From assembly GCA_964483455.1 (NCBI GenBank), contig CAZACK010000014.1, positions 815 to 64,814 on the forward strand: a DNA stretch of 64,000 nucleotides, written 5' to 3'. The notes under the pieces are model-generated. The model saw nothing but the letters and a program-made list of their open reading frames with translations, did no database searches and was not told the origin of the DNA. A program made the position numbers and the translations under genes. The DNA is from an uncultured Solibacteraceae bacterium. Its GTDB lineage: Bacteria; Acidobacteriota; Terriglobia; Bryobacterales; Bryobacteraceae. Shown here one piece after another: positions 48,933 through 58,997 of this stretch. How positions within the stretch are numbered: the stretch's first letter is position 1; the number at the start of each line of letters is the position of its first letter.

Positions 48933-50894
48933 GTGGATACCCCATCACACGCGATCCGCGCCCGACTGATCTTCCTGGCGACGATTGCCCTCAGCGCACT
49001 GCTGCTATTCCTCGTGCAGCCGGTCATGGGCAAGGTCCTGTTGCCGCGGTTCGGAGGAGTGGCCGCGGTCTGGACCACCTGCATGCTTTTTTTTCAGGCG
49101 GTGTTGCTTGCCGGCTATGTCTACGCGCACTGGGTGCGGAAGCGACTCCCGCAGGGAGCACAGGTGCTGGTGCACGCCGGCCTGCTCGTTGCCAGCCTGC
49201 CATTCCTCCCGGTCGTTCCGTTCGGGTCCTGGGCAGCAGAAGCGGGTGAATGGCCGGCCGCGCACATCCTGGGGATACTGGCTGTCTCAGTGGGCCTGCC
49301 CTGCTTCCTGCTTTCCGCCACGAGTCCGCTGATGCAGGCGTGGTATGTGTCTTCGTCGCTGGGGCCGTTTCCGTACCGCCTGTTCGCCGCCTCCAACGCC
49401 GCTTCGCTCGTCGCCCTGCTGGCTTACCCCTTCGCGATCGAGCCCGCGCTGGACGTGCCCGCGCAGCTTCGACTCTGGTCCGCCGCCTATGGCGTTTTCG
49501 CGGCCCTGGCCTGTGCGTCTGCGTTGACAGCGAGGAAGGGACGGCCGATCGCTGCCGCTCGGGATGGCCGTCCGGGCCGGACGCGCCTGCTGTGGATCGC
49601 GCTGGCGGCGACCCCTTGCGCCCTGTGGCTTGCCGTCGCAAACCGGGTGAGCCAGAGCGTCGCCGCGGCGCCGCTCCTTTGGATTCTTCCTCTGAGCCTA
49701 TACCTGCTCAGCCTCATCCTGTGTTTCCATCGCGACGGCTGGTACCAGCCCCGTGTTTTCCGCTGGCTGGTGCCCGTCGCCGTGGCGGGCCTCGTTGCGG
49801 CTATCCGCCAGCATTCCTGGAGCGGACGGATTCAATGGGGACTGCTGCTGTTCCTCGGCGGGCTGTTCGTCGGCTGCATGTTCTGTCACGGAGAGCTGGC
49901 CAGGCGAAGGCCGGCGGTGGCGGACCTGACCGGGTTCTATCTCGCCGTCGCCCTGGGCGGCGCGTTGGGAGGGGCATTCGTCAGTTTGCTCGCGCCTGTT
50001 CTCTTCGACGACTATCTCGAGCTGCCCGCCGCCATCGTCGCCTCGATTCTGCTGGCGCTTCCACTCCTCTACGGTTATTCGTCCCGACGGCATCTGGTGA
50101 GGCTGGCGGCGGCGGCAGTTTTGGTTTTCGTCGCGGCAAGCCCATCGGGCGGCGGCAGCCGGCTCAAGGAGCGCAACTTCTACGGAATTCTCGAAGTCCG
50201 CGATCACACCTCCGGCGACGACAGATGGCGCGGCCTTTATAACGGAACTATCCTGCATGGCTCGCAGTATCTATCGCCGGAACGCAGCCGTGAGGCCACA
50301 ACGTATTACTCGATCCGATCCGGCGTCGGACTGGAGTTACAGAAGATGTCGAACCGGCGCCGGAGAGTCGGCGTCATCGGCCTCGGCCCCGGCACCCTGG
50401 CAACGTATCTGGGTGAGGGGGACCACGTCCGGTTCTACGAGATCAACCCGCTGGTGGTCCAGGTTGCCGCCACGGAATTCCGCTATTTGCGGGAGTGCAG
50501 GGGGAAGGTCGAGGTTGTGGCCGCTGACGCGCGGCTGGCGCTCGAGCGCGAAAGTCCGCAGAACTTCGATCTGCTGGCCGTAGACGCCTTCTCTGGAGAC
50601 GCCATACCGGTTCATCTGCTGACTCGGGAGGCGTTTGAGACCTACTTGCGGCATCTCGCGCCCTCCGGAGTGCTCGCCGTGCACGTCTCGGCGAAGTACT
50701 TCAACCTCGCCCCGCTGGTCGTGAGGACGGCGGAATCACTCGGGCGCGAAGCCCGCGTGGCACGAAACGATTCGGACGGCAGCCGGCAGATCGCCTCCAG
50801 CACCTGGGTCATTCTCGATGGCGCCCGAAGACCTGCGACCGCCGCCCGCGTGTGGTCCGACCGCTACAGCAACCTGCTGGAAGTCATCAAGTAA
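48933..50894 (+). CDS. fused polytopic membrane domain / spermidine synthase-like methyltransferase-fold protein
   Basis: 653 aa with a GTG start. About 10 N-terminal TM helices, then a C-terminal VGVIGLGPGTLA...DLLAVDAFSGDAIPVHL aminopropyl/methyltransferase fold. Confidence 0.75.
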   Translation: MDTPSHAIRARLIFLATIALSALLLFLVQPVMGKVLLPRFGGVAAVWTTCMLFFQAVLLAGYVYAHWVRKRLPQGAQVLVHAGLLVASLPFLPVVPFGSWAAEAGEWPAAHILGILAVSVGLPCFLLSATSPLMQAWYVSSSLGPFPYRLFAASNAASLVALLAYPFAIEPALDVPAQLRLWSAAYGVFAALACASALTARKGRPIAAARDGRPGRTRLLWIALAATPCALWLAVANRVSQSVAAAPLLWILPLSLYLLSLILCFHRDGWYQPRVFRWLVPVAVAGLVAAIRQHSWSGRIQWGLLLFLGGLFVGCMFCHGELARRRPAVADLTGFYLAVALGGALGGAFVSLLAPVLFDDYLELPAAIVASILLALPLLYGYSSRRHLVRLAAAAVLVFVAASPSGGGSRLKERNFYGILEVRDHTSGDDRWRGLYNGTILHGSQYLSPERSREATTYYSIRSGVGLELQKMSNRRRRVGVIGLGPGTLATYLGEGDHVRFYEINPLVVQVAATEFRYLRECRGKVEVVAADARLALERESPQNFDLLAVDAFSGDAIPVHLLTREAFETYLRHLAPSGVLAVHVSAKYFNLAPLVVRTAESLGREARVARNDSDGSRQIASSTWVILDGARRPATAARVWSDRYSNLLEVIK

Positions 50895-50989
50895 GACGCG
50901 CTTGATGTTGGACATCCCAGGCTTGTGCCGTGTCTTGAACAGACGGGCATGAGCGCAGGCCCCTTAGCATCGCGGAGTCCGGTTTAGTA

Positions 50990-51009
50990 CTGCTAGGCCC
51001 TGCTAGGCC
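50990..51009. repeat. perfect tandem duplication CTGCTAGGCC x2
   Basis: Seen directly at 50990-50999 and 51000-51009 in a lower-GC intergenic region. Confidence 0.9.
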
Positions 51010-51059
51010 GTCCCCATCCGTGTCAGCTCTCTATCTTCAGCTATTATTCTCCTAAACAC

Positions 51060-51088
51060 TTGACCGCGCACGAGGCGAGGCCCATAAT
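51060..51088 (+). promoter_or_regulatory. sigma70-like promoter TTGACC-17-CATAAT with an AT-rich upstream tract
   Basis: TTGACC (51060-51065), a 17-nt spacer and CATAAT (51083-51088), preceded by agctattattctcctaaacac. The -10 ends only 3 nt before ATG 51092. Confidence 0.45.
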
Positions 51089-51091
51089 CAA

Positions 51092-51799
51092 ATGGTCGAA
51101 GGGGCCGGTTCGAGGGTCGCGATGCGCGAGTCGGCGGACGCTGCCATGGAGTGGGTCAGGAATCGGCTCACGCTGCTGGCGGAGGTCCCAGCGTGGATCA
51201 TCATCCTGATCTGCGCATGCGTCCTCCTGTGTGTCGCTCTAGCCGCGATGTGGCTGATCGGCGGCCGCGCGCGGCGGAAGAGACAGCTTGCGCTGATGCA
51301 GGCCGCCGAACAGAGGGACCCCGTCGAGCTGGAGCGTGAGGCTTTGCGGGTCAGCCATCAGGTGCGACCTCTCCAGAGCCTGGAGGAGACGTTCGGATTC
51401 AACAGGCTCCCCAGCGGAGTCTATGGCTTCAGCTCCCTTCCGTTAAGTCTGGACTGTCCGGTGCTGCGCACCCCGGATGCCAGGCTCTTCGAGGTCCACA
51501 AGGCGAGCGACGGCGTGATTCGAATTCTGGGATTCGTGTGCCCGGAATCAGCCGCCAGGATGGAAACGGGCGGCGAAACGGTGGAGGTGTGTCTTTATTC
51601 CAGTCCCGTAGCGGACGCGTCCGTGCTTGTGAGCATCCCGCTGGCGGCTGTGATGGGTTGCCGGCAGCGTCGCTCGAAGGTGGAAAACGTTCTGGAACTG
51701 ACGACAGGACCGATCCGGGGGTGGGAAGGAGGGCCTCAAAGAAAGCCGCCGGAATCGGAAGCGGCGGCAGGCCGAGCGAGCCAAGCCGGCGCCGGATGA
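51092..51799 (+). CDS. hypothetical single-pass membrane protein (true start possibly 51122)
   Basis: ORF with TM WIIILICACVLLCVALAAMWLIGG. The in-frame ATG at 51122 has a GAGGG SD 5 nt upstream and fits the promoter geometry better. Confidence 0.5.
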   Translation: MVEGAGSRVAMRESADAAMEWVRNRLTLLAEVPAWIIILICACVLLCVALAAMWLIGGRARRKRQLALMQAAEQRDPVELEREALRVSHQVRPLQSLEETFGFNRLPSGVYGFSSLPLSLDCPVLRTPDARLFEVHKASDGVIRILGFVCPESAARMETGGETVEVCLYSSPVADASVLVSIPLAAVMGCRQRRSKVENVLELTTGPIRGWEGGPQRKPPESEAAAGRASQAGAG

Positions 51800-51947
51800 T
51801 GCCACCACTCCCCACCTTCCACAGGACCTCCATCCTCCCCGGTGTGCGGAACGGCGTTCCTCACCGGCCCAGCCTGGCTTGGCCGCCTTCAGCCAGCACC
51901 GCCGGCCGCCTGCGATAATTGAGCCAACGAGGCTCCGGAGGAACTGA

Positions 51948-52439
51948 ATGCAGGAACTCGAGCTGGACACCGGCAACCTGTCCTTGATGTTTCATGAAAC
52001 GGTTGAGAGCCGCCGGGAGCTGGTGGTGGCGACCACCGAGCGGCTCATGGGCGTCATCCGGACTATGCCCTGCGCGCAACAGCACCTGGACGCCGTCCAC
52101 CTCGCGCTCACCGAAGCCCTCGCCAACGCCATCATTCACGGCAACAAGGAAGACCCGAACAAGAAAGTGACGATCTGGGGCGCCTGCGAAGCCCACGAGA
52201 AGCTGCTGCTGGTGATCACCGATGAAGGGCAAGGATTCGACCCGGCCTCCGTCCCCGACCCGACGCTGGCTGAAAACATCTTCTCCGCCAGAGGCCGCGG
52301 CGTGTTTCTCATCAACCGGCTGATGTGCGAGGCGGAGTATCGCCTCGGCGGGAGGCAGGTGGTGCTCAGAAAGCGCGTGTCCCCCCCAACCGACGAACCC
52401 AATAACCGGCCAACCGAACAACCGAACAACCGCTTCTAG
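51948..52439 (+). CDS. RsbW/SpoIIAB-like anti-sigma factor serine kinase (HATPase_c_2), orphan
   Basis: 163 aa. LALTEALANAIIHGN (N-box), ITDEGQGFD (G1), GRGVFLI (G2-like). Low-complexity tail PTDEPNNRPTEQPNNRF. Confidence 0.7.
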   Translation: MQELELDTGNLSLMFHETVESRRELVVATTERLMGVIRTMPCAQQHLDAVHLALTEALANAIIHGNKEDPNKKVTIWGACEAHEKLLLVITDEGQGFDPASVPDPTLAENIFSARGRGVFLINRLMCEAEYRLGGRQVVLRKRVSPPTDEPNNRPTEQPNNRF

Positions 52440-52650
52440 CCGGTAGGCCCCAACGAAGAACGGCCGCGTCTGACGGCAACCTCGTAATGCGTCCCGCCGG
52501 CACGGCCGGAGGCACGACCCCGAGGATCGGAAGCGGTTTGTCAGACTGAGGCTGGCTGTCCGGATCGCGCAGTTCAACCTCGGAGGCCCTGGCGCGGCGG
52601 CCGAACAGGCGATACGCGGCCGCCGCTGACGACGCTCCTCTTTCCCTGAG

Positions 52651-54882
52651 TCACTGCGCGGTGGCGCAAGCCTCTCCGCTGGGTGTGCTTTCGCTGTCCA
52701 CCCCGGCTTCGTACAAGCCGTTCCCGTTGCAGTCATTCCAGCCGGTCACCGCGTAGCAGTAGCGCACGTTGCGGGCGAGCCCCGAATCCCGGTACGTGGT
52801 CGCGGTCGCTGACACGCTGGCCCGATACTGGAGCTTGCCTGCCTGGCTGAAGTAGATGCGCTGGCCCCCGGCAGGACTCGGCGAGCCGAGCTGCCAGGCG
52901 AGGGTCACGCTGCGCCTCCCGCCCGTGGCGGTGAGGTTCTGCGCCGCGCCGGGTGTGTCGCACGACGGCGGAGGCGGCGCGCCCCAGGTGGTGGAGGCCA
53001 TGACGACCGGCTCCGCCATGCCTGTATTCAGCCACGCCTGAAGCAGGTTTGCTCCCTCACTGCCCAGGAAGGCGTTCTGCCGGTTGTTGGCCAGGTAGAG
53101 GAATTGGATGTACTCCCAGCTCGTCGACTGGTACAGCAACCGGATGGTTGCGTAAGCGGCCCCGGACGGCGGATTCAGCGTGATCTCGTCCCAGTGACGG
53201 TAGGCGCCCCCTGCGCCAGGGTTGCCGTACTGGTCCGCGGGAACAGGCAGCGCGTTCCGCTTCCGAGCCTCGTCGTAGGACATCCCATAGGGCGGGATGC
53301 GGTTGTCTTTCACCACGAGGTTGTTCAGAACGAAGTGGAACGTCTCTTCGTAGGTGCCCGCGGTGGCAAGGTCGCCCAGCGTGTGCTCCACCGCCCCGGT
53401 GACACGATCGTAGCTAAGCGGCAGAAACGGCGAGTACCCTAAGGCGAGCAGTTGGCTGGCCCACCCCTTCGCCATTCCGTAATGTGCCTCGTAGATTTTC
53501 GTGTTCGGATCCTCCAGGTTCAGGATCGTCTTCACTTGAGTCGGCACGCCGTCGATGGTCGCCGTCAACGTTCCGTACGCGCCGTCCTCCCGAAGCAGTG
53601 TGTTGCTCCCGTCGTACCACTTGATGTTGAGCCACATCCGCCGTCCCTCCGGGTAGCCCGAAATGAGCTTGTGGCCGGTCAGGTTTGTCACCCGCAGGGT
53701 GTTCCCGGTCACGCTCAGAGAAGCCGCCCAGGCCAGTTGCTGTAAGGCGCGGCTCTTGCCCGCGTGGATGGCGTCCATCTGAACCGCCGTCAGCCCGCCG
53801 CCCAGGCGAAGCGTCCCCTGGGTGTTCTGAAAGAGAATCGCGTCTGGAACCCAGTAATTGCCGCCGGTCATGTCGTGCAGGGGCAAATCGGTCCGCACCG
53901 GCACGCCCGTCTTGTTGCACCCCTGGCCCGTTGTCGCCCGCAAATGACAGGTCTGGCAACTGAAATAGCGCGGCGTTCCGTCCGCATAATTGCCCTTGGC
54001 GCTGTCGAAGGCGGCTTTGATGGCGCCCGCCTTCAGCTCGGCTGGGAGCGACGGGTAGCTCGACACGAGCGTCTGGGACAGCAGTCCGGACTTGAACTCG
54101 CTGAACGTCCGCTCGACGATGCCGTACTGATACGGGAGATTGTTGAAGGCAGCCTTTCCTTCGATCGGAGAGCCGGGCGTTCCGCTGGCCACTACCGGAT
54201 CGCTCGTGGTCTGCCGGCCGTTGTTGGCCGCCAGGTCGCCGACCGCCGGGTTCGACACGTCGTGACACGAGCCGCAGAAGTCCACCGACCGGTGGAACTT
54301 GGACTGCAAGAACTGGTGTCGCGCGCTCGCATCGCTATAAGGACCCAGCTTTTGCGATCCGCCCCACAACGAAAGCATGCCCGAGCCGTAGTAGCCCTTC
54401 GCCGGGCTGCCTTTGTCGTTCGCCACGAACGGCGGCGTCATCACCCCGAGATGCTCGGAGTTGTCGGGGTTGGTCATCTTGTGGCAGGTGTCGCAGTCCA
54501 CCCCGTCGGCGTCACCCGCGGTCAGTGCGGAGCCGTCGGTCGGCGTCGAGCGGCCGCCGAACCAGCCCGCCGTGCTGTGGCAGCGGATGCACAAGTCGCC
54601 GGAGCCGTCGAAATCCTGCTCGGCGACGGCCACCGTCGCCCAGAAGATGGGATCGCGGCCTGCGTTGGCCATCATGCTGCCGCGCCAGTTGAAGGCCGGC
54701 TCCACGGCCTGGTTGTACCCGCCGTGACAGTTGTCGCACTTGTCGGGCGTTTCCAGGTTCCCGACCTGGCCCGGCTGCGTGCCCGGCTGCTGGATCTCGT
54801 TCGGAACGATCAAGGCGGCCAAGGCCAGCCCTGTAATTATGAAGAAGGCCAGGATGAAAGAAACTTTCGGCCTGCGCTTCAT
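52651..54882 (-). CDS. multihaem c-type cytochrome with C-terminal fibronectin type III-like domain
   Basis: Start at MKRRPKVSFILAFFIITGLALAAL, preceded by GGGAGGTGGAC. Five CxxCH motifs (CDNCH, CIRCH, CDTCH, CGSCH, CQTCH). C-terminus ..NLTATGGRRSVTLAWQ...YRDSGL..NVRYCYAVT is FN3-like. Confidence 0.8.
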   Translation of the reverse strand: MKRRPKVSFILAFFIITGLALAALIVPNEIQQPGTQPGQVGNLETPDKCDNCHGGYNQAVEPAFNWRGSMMANAGRDPIFWATVAVAEQDFDGSGDLCIRCHSTAGWFGGRSTPTDGSALTAGDADGVDCDTCHKMTNPDNSEHLGVMTPPFVANDKGSPAKGYYGSGMLSLWGGSQKLGPYSDASARHQFLQSKFHRSVDFCGSCHDVSNPAVGDLAANNGRQTTSDPVVASGTPGSPIEGKAAFNNLPYQYGIVERTFSEFKSGLLSQTLVSSYPSLPAELKAGAIKAAFDSAKGNYADGTPRYFSCQTCHLRATTGQGCNKTGVPVRTDLPLHDMTGGNYWVPDAILFQNTQGTLRLGGGLTAVQMDAIHAGKSRALQQLAWAASLSVTGNTLRVTNLTGHKLISGYPEGRRMWLNIKWYDGSNTLLREDGAYGTLTATIDGVPTQVKTILNLEDPNTKIYEAHYGMAKGWASQLLALGYSPFLPLSYDRVTGAVEHTLGDLATAGTYEETFHFVLNNLVVKDNRIPPYGMSYDEARKRNALPVPADQYGNPGAGGAYRHWDEITLNPPSGAAYATIRLLYQSTSWEYIQFLYLANNRQNAFLGSEGANLLQAWLNTGMAEPVVMASTTWGAPPPPSCDTPGAAQNLTATGGRRSVTLAWQLGSPSPAGGQRIYFSQAGKLQYRASVSATATTYRDSGLARNVRYCYAVTGWNDCNGNGLYEAGVDSESTPSGEACATAQ

Positions 54883-54934
54883 GTCCACCTCCCAACTGGG
54901 ATACCCAATTGTTAACGATAGATATCCGGACACA

Positions 54935-54948
54935 ATGATCCTAATCAA
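54935..54948 (-). promoter_or_regulatory. FNR/CRP-family box TTGAT-TAGG-ATCAT upstream of the multihaem cytochrome gene
   Basis: 9 of 10 match to TTGAT-N4-ATCAA. The centre (about 54941/54942) lies about 29-34 nt upstream of an AACAAT -10-like hexamer (54908-54913), giving class-II (-41.5) geometry. ATG at 54882. Confidence 0.45.
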
Positions 54949-54989
54949 GAGGCGGCCTCGATTTTGCCGAGTTTCCGGTTATGGTGGTT

Positions 54990-55685
54990 CTAGAACTGCA
55001 CTCGGGCGAGCTTCCGCAAGGCGACGGGGTCTTGGATACGGATCTCGATGCGTGTCCGGCTCACCACGCCACGCTCAGAGAAGGACTTGAGGACTCTGGA
55101 CAACGTTTCCGGAGTGGTTCCGATCATCTGGGCCATCTCTTTGCGCCGGATCGGCGTCTGGATCCTCGGCGCTCCGCCGCTGCCCTCCGAGAGCATTAGC
55201 AGCACGTTGGCCGTCCGCTGCCTGACGGATTCCTGACTCATGGAGAGAATCTGCTGTTCGGCGAATCGAAGCTCCCGGGCGAGTTTGGCCATCAGGGCGA
55301 ACGCCAGGTCGGGTGATTCACGAAGCAGCCGGACCAGCGTCTGCCTCGAAACGGCGCAGGCGACGGTCGGCGAAACGACTTCGGCCGTCTCTGCATACGG
55401 GCGGTTTTCCAGTACCGCTCCGTAGCCGATGGTTTCTCCCGGACCGGCTAGGCGGATCACCTGCTGTTCGGCGCGGCCACCGATGCGCGACAGTTTCACC
55501 TGCCCCGAGCGGATGCAGTACACGGCGAACGGCGGATCGCCTTCGCGGTACACCGCCCGTCCGCGGTCGTAGACGCGCACGTTTTTTTCCCGCTCCAACG
55601 CGGACAGCGCTTCGCTCGACAGGCGGCAGAAGACGCTTTCGGCGAGGAATCCGCAATGAGCGCAAAGGGCCGCTTGGCTGGCCAT
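54990..55685 (-). CDS. Crp/Fnr family transcriptional regulator with N-terminal Cys cluster
   Basis: 231 aa with a cNMP-binding-like beta-roll, a C-terminal HTH (RKEMAQMIGTTPETLSRVLKSF), and N-terminal C8-x2-C11-x8-C20 (CAHCGFLAESVFC). Confidence 0.85.
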   Translation of the reverse strand: MASQAALCAHCGFLAESVFCRLSSEALSALEREKNVRVYDRGRAVYREGDPPFAVYCIRSGQVKLSRIGGRAEQQVIRLAGPGETIGYGAVLENRPYAETAEVVSPTVACAVSRQTLVRLLRESPDLAFALMAKLARELRFAEQQILSMSQESVRQRTANVLLMLSEGSGGAPRIQTPIRRKEMAQMIGTTPETLSRVLKSFSERGVVSRTRIEIRIQDPVALRKLARVQF

Positions 55686-55721
55686 GTCCAGATGAGAATT
55701 ATTCTACTACAGCACGGTTTC

Positions 55722-55805
55722 CGGTGACAGGCTACGCAATCCCCATTTTCTCGTTTGCACGCGGACGCCACGCCGAGAAACTGGGGATTGCGTAGCCTGT
55801 CACCG
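55722..55805. repeat. 84-bp inverted repeat with perfect 24-nt arms (extendable) in the crp/fnr-zwf divergent intergenic region
   Basis: Left arm CGGTGACAGGCTACGCAATCCCCA (55722-55745) is the exact reverse complement of the right arm TGGGGATTGCGTAGCCTGTCACCG (55782-55805). Inner TTTCTCG/CGAGAAA extends the stem. It ends 10 nt before the zwf start. Confidence 0.9.
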
Positions 55806-55815
55806 AAAAACTGAT

Positions 55816-57353
<1,538 letters not shown>

Positions 57354-57357
<4 letters not shown>

Positions 57358-58256
57358 CGCCGGCCCTGCATCCTGAGCGCATCCTGAAGGACCTGCACTC
57401 GCTCTGGCTCGGCCTGGGCAAGGAAGAAGGCGCGGCCGGCGGAGTGCTGCGAGCCTGCGCGCTGACGTTGATCGTCATCGAAGGAGACGGAGAGCGCGCG
57501 GAGCCGGCCGGCGAGACGCTGGCCGAGCTGATGCGCGACCACCCGAGCCGCGCCATCGTGGTGCGCGTTCGCCCCGGTGAGAAAACGCCGGAAGCGCGGG
57601 TGTTCGCCCAGTGCCGGCTCCCGTTCGGCCGCCGAAAGCAGATCTGCTCCGAGCAGATCGAGATCACTGTGGGCGAGGCGCGCCTCGGCGATGTGGCGCC
57701 GGTGCTGCTGGCACTGGCGGCGCCGGACCTCCCGGTAGTGGTGTGGCGCCGGTCTGGCTTGGTCGGCCGCATGGCCGGACTCGAGCGGGTGGAAGCGCTG
57801 GCCGGGAAAGTGATTCTCGACTCGGAAGATTGCGCGGAGCCCTGCGCCGTGCTCTCGCAGGTCATGGACCCGCGCCGCGTCTCCGACCTCGCCTGGACCC
57901 GGCTCACCGCCTTCCGCGAGGCCGTGGCCCAGGCCCTCGAAGGCGCGCGCCCGGATGACATCGCCGAGGTGCGGATTACCCATGCGGGCGTCCCCGTCCG
58001 CGCCTGGTACCTGGCCGGATGGATGGCGACGGCGCTGGGGTGGGCGCCGGAGGATCCGCGCTTGTCGGTTGCGGCGGACGGCTTCGACGACGTGCAGCTT
58101 GCCGGATCGGGGCTTTCGATCACGTTGCGGCGCACGGCGGAACGCACTCGCCGCGAAGCGGAGCTGCTCGGCGAGGAATTGGCGATTGCCGGCCGCGATC
58201 CCGTTTACGAACGCAGCCTCGCCGCCGCCATCGAGATCGGGCGTCGGGGCAGGTGA
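57354..58256 (+). CDS. opcA: glucose-6-phosphate dehydrogenase assembly protein OpcA
   Basis: 300 aa from MTPALHPERI. The ATG overlaps the zwf stop (ATGA). OpcA-like pattern (RACALTLIV.., HPSRAIVV.., PDLPVVVWW-like PDLPVVVWR) and position between zwf and pgl. Confidence 0.8.
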
Positions 58257-58259
58257 ATC

Positions 58260-58997
58260 ATGGCCGCGACCTGGAGCTCGTATCCCACTCCCGAGGCGGC
58301 TGCCAAAGCCTGCGCCCGGCGGATTGCGGAGCTGCTCGAAGAGGCGCTGACGTCCCAGGATTCCGCCACGCTGGCGCTGTCAGGGGGGACCACCGCGCGG
58401 GTGCTGTTCGAGTCGCTGGCGCTGCTCGGCATAGACTGGAGCCGGGTCCATCTCTTCTGGGTGGACGAGCGCGCGGTCGCGCCGGATCACGCGCTGAGCA
58501 ACTACCGGCTGGCGGCGGAGCGCCTGATTCTGCCCGCCCGGGTTCCTTCCGGCAACGTGCATCGCATTCACGGCGAACTGGCGCCGCAGGCGGCGGCCAA
58601 GGCCTACGCCGAGGAGATCCGGCGGCATTTCGGGCTGGGTCCCGGGGAATTGCCCGCGTTCCACGTGGTCTACCTGGGGATGGGCGCCGACGCCCATACC
58701 GCCAGCCTCTTTCCCGACGAGCCGTTGCTCGAGGACCGTTCGGGGATTGCGGCGGACGTCTTCGTGCGAAAGCTCGGGCAATGGCGCATCACTTTGCTGC
58801 CGGGATCGCTGCTCGCCGCGCGCCAGGCGGTGTTCCTGGTGACGGGGGCGGACAAGGCGCCGGCTGTCCGCGCCGTTTTCGAGGAGCCGCACAATCCGCT
58901 CCAGTACCCGGCCCAACTCCTTCGCGGCCGTCCCGCACTGTGGTTTCTCGATGCGGCGGCCGCGTCCCTGCTTGGCGGACATGATCAGCCGGCGTAG
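58260..58997 (+). CDS. pgl: 6-phosphogluconolactonase
   Basis: 245 aa: LALSGGTTA, W..VH.FWVDER, LGMG.D.HTASLFP, VTGA.KA. Confidence 0.9.
   Translation: MAATWSSYPTPEAAAKACARRIAELLEEALTSQDSATLALSGGTTARVLFESLALLGIDWSRVHLFWVDERAVAPDHALSNYRLAAERLILPARVPSGNVHRIHGELAPQAAAKAYAEEIRRHFGLGPGELPAFHVVYLGMGADAHTASLFPDEPLLEDRSGIAADVFVRKLGQWRITLLPGSLLAARQAVFLVTGADKAPAVRAVFEEPHNPLQYPAQLLRGRPALWFLDAAAASLLGGHDQPA

Noticed and set aside
52380-52439. Direct repeat aaccgaacaaccgaacaaccg
   Set aside because: It lies inside the coding region and simply encodes the low-complexity tail (..PNNRPTEQPNNRF) of the RsbW-like protein.
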